A DNA stretch of 64,000 nt from an uncultured Methanoregulaceae archaeon (GCA_963737635.1 CAVTTL010000001.1:2080001-2144000); one strand, 5' to 3'. Positions 41,423 through 52,005 are shown, counted from the first letter of the stretch. Translations and numbers: made by a program. The notes: generated by a model not told the origin, from the letters alone.

Positions 41423-42425
41423 GGAGGTCACCAAAGAGCATATCAAACATTTCTTTGTTCATTCCCCGTACGGAAAAGCCTTTCATGAGGTCCTGCCGGA
41501 TGTGTTCGACCAGCGGTTCGTCAATCACGACGGTACGGTGGGCGTCCAGCAACGGATAGGGATACCCCGGGACCCGCCCATCGTCGGCGCAGGAGGCAAT
41601 GGCACGCATGATCGTCTCGACCGTCTGTAAATCGGTACCGGCAGGCACTTCCAGTTTGAAAGGGACGTTTTTGGCGGGGTGGAAGGAGGCCACGTAGAGG
41701 TCTCCCAGCCGGTCCGGGTTGTCACTGGTAGTAAGGAGCCCGTCAGGGATCTTTACCCACCACGGGCCGGTTTTGCCATACTTCTGCGCGAGTCCGGCCA
41801 TTGCGGGAAGAAGCGGATGCACCCCTCCCCACTTGGCATTGGTCCGTTTTGCGATGCCGGCAAGGAGTATCCCCCGGCTTTGGGCCGTGTGGATAATTTC
41901 CTTCAGGACAGGATCATGGTTCGCATTCGTGACCCGCAATATCCCGTCAAGGAGAAGGAGCGATCCCGCCGGGAGTTCCCGGGCCTGGGAAAGGGCCACC
42001 CCGTATTCAAGAGTGTCACGGAGAGCCTCAGATACCCGTTTGGTATCGTTGTTTTTCAGGACGGTGTCGGGAGATCTGCCAAAACACTCCTGCATAAGGA
42101 GAGGGAAATCCGGATTTACCTTGTCCGGGCCGACAGTGACAACCCGTAAGGGGGTGATCGCCCGGGAGAGACGTTCACCCCCGGAAAACGTGGTCTGGAC
42201 CGCACGGATCGCAACAAGGGCAAAACTTCCCGATTCTGCAATGGTCGCGTTGCTCCCGTCAATGGCAGAGACAATGCCCCGGTATTCCCCGGTGATGGGG
42301 TGGAAGTCCTGTGCGGCGATCTTACTCTCCTCGGCAAATTCCCCGACCAGATCGCCACCGACCTGCCGGTAAATCTGGTCGAGCACATGGGTGACGGACG
42401 CTTCGTAGGCAGGGTCGGTCGGCAT
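41400..42425 (-). CDS. nurA: NurA nuclease
   Basis: AIDGS, LLDG, GIAKRT, GYPYPLLDAH. Confidence 0.92.
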   Translation of the reverse strand: MPTDPAYEASVTHVLDQIYRQVGGDLVGEFAEESKIAAQDFHPITGEYRGIVSAIDGSNATIAESGSFALVAIRAVQTTFSGGERLSRAITPLRVVTVGPDKVNPDFPLLMQECFGRSPDTVLKNNDTKRVSEALRDTLEYGVALSQARELPAGSLLLLDGILRVTNANHDPVLKEIIHTAQSRGILLAGIAKRTNAKWGGVHPLLPAMAGLAQKYGKTGPWWVKIPDGLLTTSDNPDRLGDLYVASFHPAKNVPFKLEVPAGTDLQTVETIMRAIASCADDGRVPGYPYPLLDAHRTVVIDEPLVEHIRQDLMKGFSVRGMNKEMFDMLFGDLHDEFERY

Positions 42426-44864
42426 TATTCCACCACCTTGACCCGGCTTGCCAGATCGCTGCCCATCTCGACCACGAGCGTCGTTTCGAACTCGCCCTGC
42501 ATCTCCGGGATATGAGAGATGAGGAGGATCTGCGGGAACCGGGACTCCTGGGTTCTGAGCGCGGTGAGGAGATTGTTTCTCCGCTCTTCGTCCTGGCTCC
42601 CGAAGATCTCGTCGAAGATGAGCAGGGTGCTCTCGTGGACGTTGTGGAGCTCGGCAAGGTACCGGGAGAGGGCGATCCTGAGGGCGACTGCGATGTCGTC
42701 CTGTTCGCCGCCGCTGAACCGGTCGATGGCATAGTCATCATCCACATCACGGACGAGGAGGTTGAAGTCTTCGTCAAGGAGCACCTGCTCGTACCGGCCA
42801 CCGGTGATCTCGCCGACGATGCGGCTGACCTCGCCCTCGATCCGGCTCCGGACAACCTGCATAAGATAGATGACGTACTGGGCGATGATGAACCGGGTCA
42901 GTTTCAGGAGATCGATCTCTTCTGAGGCGGCTGTGATCCGTGTTTCGAGCTCCGCGGTCTTTGCCCGCTCCTTTTTGATCGTTGCGATCTTTTCTTCTGC
43001 GTGCCGCACCTGTTCTGCAGCCCGGGCAAGACCGGTGTCTGTCTGCCGCTGGGCTGTCGTGATCGTGGTGAGTTCGGCGTCCAGTGCGGTCCCTGTGGCC
43101 GGATCGAAGGGGCTCGCGGCAATCGCTGCTTCTGCCTCTACCTGTGCAGTTGCGTTCTCCGTCATCCGCACGGTTACGGCCGCAAGCTGTTTCTGCACTT
43201 CGCCGGCCTGTGCCAGCTGCCGGGCAAGCTCGTTGTACCGTACCTGTACCTTTTCGAGTCCCGCGACCGCCTTTTCCACTGCGGCGAATGCTGCCGGATC
43301 GAAGTGTAAGGCGGCTATTCTTTCGGCAAGTTCCCGGCCGGCTGCCTCCTTCTCCTGCAGGGTTTTGAGGAGATCCGCAAGATCCTTATCGATGCTCTCG
43401 CGCTGCCTCTCCGATTCGATGCAGCTCCGGAGAGCGGCCAGTTTGGGGGCAATGCCGTCGAGCGTGGCCTTCTCTTTGGTGAGTTTCTCCTGAGCGGCGA
43501 GGATGGTGACCGCCTCATCCTGGATGGCTTCAAGCTGCGAAGCAAACTCTTTTTCAATCGCCGGGTAATGCGCCCCGAGTTTCTGCCGACAGAGGGGGCA
43601 GGTGCCCTCCGGCCCGGCGGCTTCGAGAGCCTTCTGGTCAGCAAGGAGTTTTTCCCGGTCTTTTTCGAGGCGCTCCTGCCGTGCAGCATACGTCCCGATC
43701 GAGCGGTTGACCTCCTGGATTTTGGCAGCAGCGAGGGTGTCGAGGTTGGCATCCGGAACCGCACCGACGATCTTTAGTGCAGCCCGGATCTCTGCCCGGA
43801 GTGTTCCTGCTTTTTCTGCGTCTTTGTCGAACGTGGCGACCTGTTCCCGGTGCCTGGCGATCCGTTTGGTAAGGTCCGCATGCTCACGGCTCGCAAACTG
43901 CTGCTCGGCAGCGAGCCGGTCGGCATGTGCCTTCTGCTCTCTCATGCATTCGAGCTGTTTCTTCTTCTCCGGGTATGCTGCCACTTCCCCTTCGAGTTTA
44001 TGGAACTCCTGTTCCTGTGCGGAAAGGGTAGAAAGCCGGTGTTTGAGCTCGTCCTGTTGCTTCCTGAGACCGGCCAGCTCCCGGACAAGGGCGTTCTTCT
44101 TCTCGGTGAGCCGGGCATGCTCGACCTTGTGTGCGGTGAAGTCCCGGATCGCGTTCTCGATCCCGGCTTTTTTCTCTGCATAGGTTGACCGTGCCGCTTC
44201 GAGCGTTGCGATCCCTTTTTTTGTCTCCGCGATCGCGGTCTGGAGCCGGCTCGAGTTCCTCCGGGTCCTGTCGCTCCTGGAGACCCACGAGTTCTCCTTC
44301 CAGCAGCCGGAGATCGCATTCTGCGACATCGACCCGATCCTTGAGGCACTTCTGGCTCTCGGTGCTGAGGTAATCGATGCCGAGCGCTTTTAAGAACCAC
44401 TCTTTTCTTTTCCCCGGGGTGGTCTCTAAGAGTGTCAAAAGGTCTTTCTGGCCGGCGTAGATGGTGTTTTTGAAATCGACCGGGCCCATGCCAAGCGTCC
44501 GGCGCACCTCGGTCTCGACCGGCCCGATACCTTTTGCCCGGAGATGGCCGTCTTTGTAGAACTCGGCATCGTGCTGGACGGCCTTTCCTTTTTTGAACGT
44601 CCTGACGACTGCATACTTCTCCCCGCCCACGGAGAAGTCGAGCCTGACTTCGCACCGGTCTTTGGGTGAGGCAAACGAGGAGACGATGTGGTCGGGTGCA
44701 ATGCCGGTTGCCTGCACACCGTAGAGGGCAAAGAAGATGGCCTGGACGATGCTCGACTTGCCGGTGCCGTTGTTCCCGAGGATACCGGTGATACCGTCCG
44801 AGAACTCGATGGTCTCGTGCCGGAACCGTTTGAAGTTCTTGAGGACGAGCCGGTCAATGATCAT
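42425..44864 (-). CDS. rad50: Rad50 ATPase (frameshift near 44252)
   Basis: GNNGTGKSS in the 5' frame; Zn hook CPLC, FSGGE, IFDEIFGSQD and ISH in the 3' frame. Confidence 0.92.
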
Positions 44865-46002
44865 CAGGGGCCTCCCGGTGCTGGTCCATGACCTCGGCAA
44901 GCACGGTTCTACCGGTCCGGGCTACGAACTCCTTTTGCTTTGCGCCGAGCTGCTGTTTGTCCACGAACGTCCCGAACTCGGTGAGGTAATCGATCGCCCG
45001 GACATCCTGCTGGAGTGCCACCGGTGTGTCTTCTCCGGCGGTAACGACCCGGATCTTGAGGTCTAAGAGCTGTTCTTTGATGGGGGCGAGGGCACGCAGG
45101 TCGATGCCTCTCCCATGCTCCCGGGAGATGCCGTCCAGGGTGATCTGCACGAGGGAGAACGGTTCGGGGCACTTTTTCTGTACCCGCTGGATGATTTCTT
45201 CTGTTATTTCAGCTACGTGGCGGTCGGCGCAGGCGATAGTGCCGCAGTCGTACATAGAGGTCCGGGGCAGGTCAAGGTGGTCGACGGTGCGTTGTGCGGG
45301 GTCGACGACGAGGCCGCCCTTGGTGTCCCGGATCTCGCCGTACGTGAGGTATTCGGTGGAGCCGGAGTACCACGCGTTCTCCGCGATCTGTGACTGGTTG
45401 TGGTAGTGGCCAAGCGCGATGTAATCGAAGTCGGCCGAGAGGATGGTGTTGTCGAGCTCGTGCTCAGCAACGGTTGCGAGGCGCTTGTCCTTGATTGCCG
45501 TTGCAAGGCCATGGGTGACAAGCACGTTGTTCCGGCCTTTCATGAGTTCGACCTGATCGTAGGCAGTACGGTAGTCTTCGGGCCGGAGCATGTTCGGGAT
45601 CAGGTGGAAGATCGTGTCACCGATCTCCACTTTTTCATATCTGAAGGAATATGCAGCGTGAATTTCTGCGGGGTGGTAGGCGAGGACGGCGAGCGGGGAG
45701 GTGGTGTACCGGGTCTTGACCATGCTGTGGTTGCCGGTGACGATCACGAGGGGAATGCCTGCCTCGCCGAGTCGTGTGAGCGCATCGAGGACGGTGGTGT
45801 AGGCCTTGGTCTTAGGCTTGACGGTATCGAAAAGGTCGCCCGCATGGACAAGCACGTCCGGTTTTTCCCGGATGATGTGGTCGATCGCAGCAAGGAAGTT
45901 GTCGTAGATCTGCTTCTCGCGCAGGTTCATCCCCGAGTCCGGGTCGAGGCGGGAAAATGCGGAGAGGCCGAGATGCGTGTCTGCGATATGGACGAGCTTC
46001 AT
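44854..46002 (-). CDS. mre11: Mre11 nuclease
   Basis: HIADTHLG, AGDLFD, GNH, THG, ALGHYH, YSGS. Confidence 0.95.
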   Translation of the reverse strand: MKLVHIADTHLGLSAFSRLDPDSGMNLREKQIYDNFLAAIDHIIREKPDVLVHAGDLFDTVKPKTKAYTTVLDALTRLGEAGIPLVIVTGNHSMVKTRYTTSPLAVLAYHPAEIHAAYSFRYEKVEIGDTIFHLIPNMLRPEDYRTAYDQVELMKGRNNVLVTHGLATAIKDKRLATVAEHELDNTILSADFDYIALGHYHNQSQIAENAWYSGSTEYLTYGEIRDTKGGLVVDPAQRTVDHLDLPRTSMYDCGTIACADRHVAEITEEIIQRVQKKCPEPFSLVQITLDGISREHGRGIDLRALAPIKEQLLDLKIRVVTAGEDTPVALQQDVRAIDYLTEFGTFVDKQQLGAKQKEFVARTGRTVLAEVMDQHREAPDDH

Positions 46003-46069
46003 TCTCTTAGGTTTTTAGTTGGGGTGTGCAGGCATATAAGGGGAAGGGGGGGACGGTGAAAATAAGAAA
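46003..46069 (-). promoter_or_regulatory. mre11 operon promoter region
   Basis: TATA-like CTTATATG at 46040-46033, about 30-38 nt before the ATG; the region is conserved in two extra copies. Confidence 0.6.
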
Positions 46070-46078
46070 CTGCCCCCT

Positions 46079-46897
46079 TCACTTCCCCTTACCGATCAAC
46101 CGGACATTCACATCTTCGGTAAGCAGGGTCATCTGATGGATGGCAATCGCGTTGAGTTTTACCAAGCGCTCGGGTTGCAAAAGGTTGTCGCTGATGAAAT
46201 GGGCGTTGAGATTTTCAAGGTTTGAGAGGCAGACAAGCTGCGAAATGTCTGCATAATCCCGGATATTGCCTTTTTTGTCCGGGTTTTTCTCCCGCCACTC
46301 TTTTGCACTTGTACCAAACAAGGCCATGTTGAGGACATCGGCTTCAGATGCATAAATCGCGTTGATCTGCGGTTTTGTTAGTTCTGGTGGGATCAGGTTT
46401 TCCCGTACTGCATCGGTGTGAATCCGATAATTGATCTTCGCGAGGTTGCGCCGGATATCCCAGCCAAGTTGCTTGCGTTCATCCTCCTTGAGGCGCTGGA
46501 ATTCCTTGATGAGATAGAGTTTAAATTCAACGGAGATCCATGAAGCGAATTCGAACGCAATATCCTTGTGGGCGAATGTGCCGCCATACCGTCCCGGTTT
46601 TGCCATGATGCCCCGGGCATGGGTCTTTTCAACCCACTGCCGTGCCGACAGGATAAAACTGTTGAGCCCGGCCTGTTTTCTAATCACATCGAATTCGATG
46701 TGATTAAAATCCGGATTGTTAAGCTGCTCCCATATACCAAGAAACTCTATGGTGTTGCGATTCCGAAGCCAGTTCTGGATGAGGTAATCCGTCCTATCGG
46801 GATCCTTGTACCGAGCAATATCCGTGATGCAGATATAATCTTCATCGTTCTGCACGAACACTCCAACTTCCCTGTCAAGGACATTCATTTTTGTCAT
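46079..46897 (-). CDS. KilA-N domain DNA-binding protein
   Basis: DYI.ITDIAR, IQNWLRNRNTIEFLG.WE, GRYGGTFAHKDIAFEFASWIS, YASEAD.LN. Confidence 0.9.
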   Translation of the reverse strand: MTKMNVLDREVGVFVQNDEDYICITDIARYKDPDRTDYLIQNWLRNRNTIEFLGIWEQLNNPDFNHIEFDVIRKQAGLNSFILSARQWVEKTHARGIMAKPGRYGGTFAHKDIAFEFASWISVEFKLYLIKEFQRLKEDERKQLGWDIRRNLAKINYRIHTDAVRENLIPPELTKPQINAIYASEADVLNMALFGTSAKEWREKNPDKKGNIRDYADISQLVCLSNLENLNAHFISDNLLQPERLVKLNAIAIHQMTLLTEDVNVRLIGKGK

Positions 46898-47004
46898 TAT
46901 TTCCCGCCATTTTCACACGTGAAACGTTCACGAGTGAATCCTGTATGCCGGCATATTCGTAAGGGTTTGATAAAAAGGGCTTAGCGCGAGGTGTGAAACT
47001 GTTG

Positions 47005-47113
47005 GGGAAAACAGAGAGGCCGAGGTGCGTGTCTGCGATGTGGACGAGCTTCATTCTCTTAGGCGTTTGGTTGGGGTTTGCCGGCATATATGAGGGAGAG
47101 GAGGGCCGTGAAA
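47005..47113 (-). repeat. Copy of mre11 promoter plus first ~15 codons
   Basis: GAGAGGCCGAGGTGCGTGTCTGCGATGTGGACGAGCTTCATTCTCTTAGG matches 45962-46011 and encodes MKLVHIADTHLGLS. Confidence 0.93.
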
Positions 47114-47135
47114 TGTACCGATCCGGGCCGAAACA

Positions 47136-48434
47136 TTACCGGCTCTCTTTTTCCGCGAGAAGCCACTTCCAGAGCGGGATGCAGGTGATCTCTCCTTTTG
47201 TTGCCTCGTAATCTTTTGTCAAGATGACAAGTTCGCGCACTGTGTCGGGAAATGTCCTGGCGAATTCTTTGAGGCCTTCATACTCCCGGGCAGGGATCTC
47301 GTCGCTGTAGCAGACATTGATCGCAGAGAGGGAATTGTCCTTAGCTTTGGTAACGAAGTCTACTTCACGGTCCCCTTTCCAGTAGTACGGGGCAAGGCCC
47401 GACCGCATCAGTTCGATGCAGACGAGGTTCTCGGCAAGTTTTCCTTCGTCTTCACTGAATTTGAAGGAGACCGCATTTCTCAGGCCGTTGTCGATGCAGT
47501 AGATCTTCCTGTTCTGCCGCGCCTGCACCTGGAGCGAATACGAAAATACCGGTACTTCGAACAGGATTTTTGCCATCCCGGCGAAGTGAATATAATCCCG
47601 GATTGTATCGACATCGATCCCGAGCGATTCCCTGAGACGGCGGTACCAGTACGGGGCGGCGATGTTGCTAAGAAGGTACTGGAGGAGCCCGGCAAGGGCT
47701 TTCTGGTTCCTTACCACGTTTGCCCGAACGATGTCCCGGTACACGATGCTGTCGTAATAGGCACGGAGATAGTCCTGCTTTGTATGTTCGTCCTGCTGGA
47801 GTACGACAATGGGAAAGCCGCCTTCGCGAAGGTACTGCCTCAACAGGACCGTGATCTCGTACTTCTGCGCTGCACGACCGGCGGCGTCACTGGGTGCGAC
47901 GATGGCGTGGAACTGGAGGTACTCGACGAAATCCAGCGGGAAAACGGGAACGGAAAGGTACCGGCCTGAAAGAAGAGTGGATACCTGAGAATCGAGGAGG
48001 TACGACGAGGATCCGGACAGGATGATCCGGTAGGTTTTTTTGTCGTACAGCGCCTTTATTTCCTGTTCCCAGCCTTCGATTGCCTGGATTTCGTCAAAGA
48101 CCAGGTATATCGTGCCTCTGGCTGCAACCTCCCTGCGGTACGCGTCGACGGCTTCGGACAGCGCGTTCGTATTGCCTGCGATGCCAGGCTCGTCGCAGTT
48201 GACAAAGAGGATGTTTTCTTTTGGTACCCGCTCTTTTTTCATGAGCATCCGGATGGTCTGGAAGAGAAGCGTGGTCTTTCCCGAACGACGGACGCCGCTC
48301 AGCACGACGATCTCGCCGGTTTTTACAAAACGGGCGATCGTTTTGAGATATTTCTGCCGCTCCCGACCGGTATCGAACGGCCGGCCGGTCCACCACGGGT
48401 TCTGGTCTGCGAGGATCTCGAAGAGTGTTGCCAC
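47136..48434 (-). CDS. AAA+ ATPase with C-terminal DUF4143/PD-(D/E)xK-like domain
   Basis: QNPWW, GVRRSGKTT, FDEIQ, SGSSS, LSGR, GGFP, KIYCIDNG, EN.V, EVDF. Confidence 0.9.
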   Translation of the reverse strand: MATLFEILADQNPWWTGRPFDTGRERQKYLKTIARFVKTGEIVVLSGVRRSGKTTLLFQTIRMLMKKERVPKENILFVNCDEPGIAGNTNALSEAVDAYRREVAARGTIYLVFDEIQAIEGWEQEIKALYDKKTYRIILSGSSSYLLDSQVSTLLSGRYLSVPVFPLDFVEYLQFHAIVAPSDAAGRAAQKYEITVLLRQYLREGGFPIVVLQQDEHTKQDYLRAYYDSIVYRDIVRANVVRNQKALAGLLQYLLSNIAAPYWYRRLRESLGIDVDTIRDYIHFAGMAKILFEVPVFSYSLQVQARQNRKIYCIDNGLRNAVSFKFSEDEGKLAENLVCIELMRSGLAPYYWKGDREVDFVTKAKDNSLSAINVCYSDEIPAREYEGLKEFARTFPDTVRELVILTKDYEATKGEITCIPLWKWLLAEKESR

Positions 48435-48545
48435 ACTATTGTGTAAGGTTATAACCCCTTATAAATGTTGGTTTGTGAGGGATTATAACCCGACACTTTT
48501 CTGGAAATATGAGGGGGTATAACCGGACACTATCAACTGTTTTTT

Positions 48546-48602
48546 GATGATCCGGTCGATCGCAGCGAGGAAGTTATCGTAGATCTGCTTCCTCGCGCAG
48601 GT
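48546..48602 (-). repeat. Internal mre11 5' fragment (codons ~26-44)
   Basis: GATGATCCGGTCGATCGCAGCGAGGAAGTTATCGTAGATCTGCTTCCTCGCGCAGGT matches 45871-45926. Confidence 0.9.
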
Positions 48603-48603
48603 A

Positions 48604-50201
48604 TCAGGAGGAGATCCGGACAAAGGTCCCGTTTCTGCCCGGCATTTCGAACTGCGTGAACCAGACGCTGGTTGCTGTCCCGCTGTTTCCCACCGTGAAA
48701 TTCACTGCGGTGTCGGTTGAGGTATCGTTGAAGGTGTCCCCGTCATACGGGATAAGGAGGAACGGCGTGGTGGCATGGCCCGGGTACACGAGGAGCCCCG
48801 TTGCGTTCGAATCGATCCGTAAAGTACCGTAATAGTCCTGCGAATATGAACCGCTGTAGGCTGCAAGGGCCCGGGTGGGCTTTGCATCTGCCGGTGCAGG
48901 CGGGAGCTCTTGATACGGGCTTAAGACTGACGATCCCGGCTGCATTGCAGCGTTGATCTGATCCTCCGATACGCTGTACCAGTCCTTTTGGATCGCTCCC
49001 GTAAAGTACAGGTCATCCCATCCTTTCGTTATCGCATTTTTAAGGATGTACCCTCCGGGAAAGCCATTTGTCAGGACCACGATACTCATATTCTCTGCCG
49101 GGTAGAGCACAATATAGTTCGAGACTCCCTGTGTCCCGTCGCCGCCATGTTCAACCCGGACCCTCCCGTTTCCGGCGATAACCTCCCATCCGAGACCGTA
49201 TGCGGTAATACCGGCATTGTTCGATGTAATGATATTCTGGGCTCTGTGAGTCTCCATGAGTGCATCGGAACCGATCACGTGCTTCCCGTCAATGGCTCCG
49301 TTGTTGAGTTGAAGTCGGGCATAGCGGGCCATATCGTTGATGGTCGAGCTCACCCCACCGGCAGGACTGGTCACGTCCTCATTCATGAGGGGGGCTGCTT
49401 TCGGAGTCCCGTTTACCACGACATAGGTATCCGCATGGTTTCCTGATGTGGCAAAATCGGCAAACCGGGCGCTCGTGTTGTACATCCCGGCAGGGACAAA
49501 GACCCGTTCCGCAACAAGATCTTCCCACGGTTGTCCTGCTTTCATGGAAGCAGCCTCTGCCGCCACCGTGATGCCGATATCTGAATACGCGTAGGATGAG
49601 CGAAAGGCTCCCGTCAGCCCCAGGTACCGCAGCCTGCCGATGATCTCGGACCGGTTGTACCCGAATGTATACTGGAGATCTTGCCCTGCATATTCCGGAA
49701 GCCCGGTCCGGTGAGACAGCAGATCGCGGATGGTGACGTGGTCGGTTACCCAGGGGTCCGACAGCTGGAACCCAGGGTCCAGCGATACGACCGGTTCGTC
49801 CCACGACAGCTCGCCATCACCGACCATGGATGCGATCGAAGCTGAGGCAAAGGACTTCGAGACAGACTCGAGCTGGAATCGGGTGTCCGGCGTGATCGGT
49901 GCCCCGGTCGTGATGTTTCTCACTCCAAAGCACCGGAGGTAGACAACCGTATCGTTCTGCACGATGACAACTGCCATTCCCGGAACGCCGCTTTTGACAA
50001 AGTTCTGTTCCGCATAGGCATCGAACTGCGGTATGACGGCGCTGATAGTGGATGCACCGGGAGCCACGGCAGGCGTATTTGCATTCAGGCATGGTGCCGG
50101 CTGGGCCGCATGAGACGAGACACAGCCGGAGAAAAGAGAGTACCGGCCACAAGGAAAGCAGCAAGAAACAGGAATGCGTGTTGCCGGGAGCGGATTTTCA
50201 T
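48604..50201 (-). CDS. Serine hydrolase (beta-lactamase class C family) lipoprotein; frameshift in signal peptide near 50133
   Basis: SVSK (SxxK), LLSHRTG, YSD, HGG. Adding one T restores MKIRSRQHAFLFLAAFLVAGTLFFSGC (lipobox). Confidence 0.88.
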
Positions 50202-50249
50202 AAAAGGGACGTTGAAGTTCTTTTCAAAAAAACATTGCCTTTCGCGCTC

Positions 50250-50430
50250 GCGAGGAAGTTATAGTAGATCTGCTTCTCGCGCAGATTCATCCCCGTGTCC
50301 GGGTCGAGTCGGGAAAATGCGGAGAGGCCGAGATGGGTATCTGTGATGTGGACGAGCTTCATTCTCTTAGGTTTTTAGTTGGGGTATGCAGGCGTATAAG
50401 GGGGGAGGAGAGGACGGTGAAACTCAAGAA
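50250..50430 (-). repeat. Copy of mre11 promoter plus first ~37 codons
   Basis: About 180-bp near-collinear match to 45890-46069, encoding MKLVHITDTHLGLSAFSRLDPDTGMNLREKQIYYNFL. Confidence 0.95.
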
Positions 50431-50688
50431 AGGTTGTAGATTACTGACAACAGATGATTTCCTGTTGAGTGATTTTTTAATTCAAAATAGGTAGTAAGGA
50501 AGCATATTTCGTAATTCTTGAATAGGAGTTAATGAAGTGTCGTACGTCATGAAAAATAACGAGTTTTGAAGAGCCCAGACTGTGGAAAACAATTTGAATC
50601 CATGTAAAATTTTAAACTTTAGAGGTTGTAAAATGAATTCAGATTTCGATAACTATAAATTTTTAACAAATTATCAATTATATTAAGA

Positions 50689-52005
50689 ATGGGTCAATTA
50701 AAATTACTCCACATAAGTGATATTCATTACTCCTCTAATGAAATTTATCAGACACCATCAGACTTAGAGGAGCTTAGTGAATATGTCTGGTCTGAATTAT
50801 CAATGGAAGAAAAGGTAAATTTGTCACAAATTTTAATCCGAAAAATTAAAAAGGCACTATATTTCCACATCGAGAAAGAAAAATTTCATTCAATCATAAT
50901 TTCAGGAGATTTATGCAACAAAGGATCATTAGAGGAATATAGCAATTGTCTAGATTATCTCACACTTCAATTTCAGAATTTCAGCAAAAAAATACGAAAA
51001 ATGGATGTGAAAATTGCTGCAGGAAATCATGATTTGATTTCTAATCTTCCATATAGTTCTAAAAATTTAAAAAAACGTTTTCTCCCTTTTTGTAATTTAC
51101 ACCGAAAAAAAGGTTTTCAAACATATGCCACCGATTCAATTAAATGTACTATTATCGAAGAAAATGCATGTAAAGTTTTATTAATAAATGTAAATTCATG
51201 TCTTGAATTTCGAAATCTAAAATTACTTACACCTGTTCAACAAAAGGCAATCAAATTAATGATATCTCAGTTAGGGGATCGAGCAGACTTAAATAAATTA
51301 CTCAATATTCCTTATATTAGTCCTCAATTAATAGATTCAATATCTAAAATAATTCAAAGTCGTGAGGATTGCTTTCCAATAATATTCACACATCACAACT
51401 TTCTTCGAATAGGCGGACCATTCAATCCAGACAGGGAGTTTGATGGAATAATAAATGAGGCGGAAATTTGTCAAAAACTAGAATCGCTTAATAGGCCGAT
51501 TTTGATCTTCCATGGGCATATCCACAATAATCGAGAACAAGAGCTCAATAGAGGAAAATCCAAACTAATTTTGTCTTCTGCGCCTCTCTTATTCCCACAC
51601 ATTAGTTTTTATAACGATGAAAAGATTGGGTTCAACATTGTGAACATTATTTTTGCAAATAATTTAAATCGAACGCCCCTCTGGTGTGAAATTGAGAATC
51701 ATCAAATCGAAGGATGCAACATTAACATTCTTCCGAAAAATATGATCAGGTTTTATGATTCCGCGGATGCGATTCAATTTTTATCGGAAAATGAAAAAAA
51801 TCTATTAATGTTTATAAATCAAATTGGAGCTGATGAACACTTAGATGTGATTTATCAAAAAATAAAAGGTAAAGGCATAGTGCATATTGATTTTACATTT
51901 GACGAGTTGATGGCCTCAATAAATCTCCTATTTGGTTTAAATCTGATAAAATTTAGAGAGAACAAAGTAAATCCAAATTCAAGTGTTGTTAGAGGGGTGT
52001 ATTAA
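50689..52005 (+). CDS. Calcineurin-like metallophosphoesterase with probable C-terminal wHTH
   Basis: All five motifs present: HISDIH, SGDL, GNHD, THH, HGHIH. C-terminus has a helix-helix-wing pattern. Confidence 0.88.
   Translation: MGQLKLLHISDIHYSSNEIYQTPSDLEELSEYVWSELSMEEKVNLSQILIRKIKKALYFHIEKEKFHSIIISGDLCNKGSLEEYSNCLDYLTLQFQNFSKKIRKMDVKIAAGNHDLISNLPYSSKNLKKRFLPFCNLHRKKGFQTYATDSIKCTIIEENACKVLLINVNSCLEFRNLKLLTPVQQKAIKLMISQLGDRADLNKLLNIPYISPQLIDSISKIIQSREDCFPIIFTHHNFLRIGGPFNPDREFDGIINEAEICQKLESLNRPILIFHGHIHNNREQELNRGKSKLILSSAPLLFPHISFYNDEKIGFNIVNIIFANNLNRTPLWCEIENHQIEGCNINILPKNMIRFYDSADAIQFLSENEKNLLMFINQIGADEHLDVIYQKIKGKGIVHIDFTFDELMASINLLFGLNLIKFRENKVNPNSSVVRGVY

Noticed and set aside
42425-44864. 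Split rad50 as programmed frameshifting or a pseudogene
   Set aside because: No slippery site seen, all motifs are intact, and it is one of eight similar indels, so assembly error is more likely.
39797-46002. HerA/NurA/Mre11/Rad50 as a defence system
   Set aside because: This is the standard archaeal double-strand-break repair operon, at host GC content.
48447-48531. 34-bp periodic motif as a mini-CRISPR
   Set aside because: The period is too short for repeat plus spacer and there are no cas genes; kept as an operator-like finding.
48604-50201. Antibiotic-resistance beta-lactamase
   Set aside because: Family-level fold only; most such proteins are esterases or peptidases, and methanogens lack the beta-lactam target.
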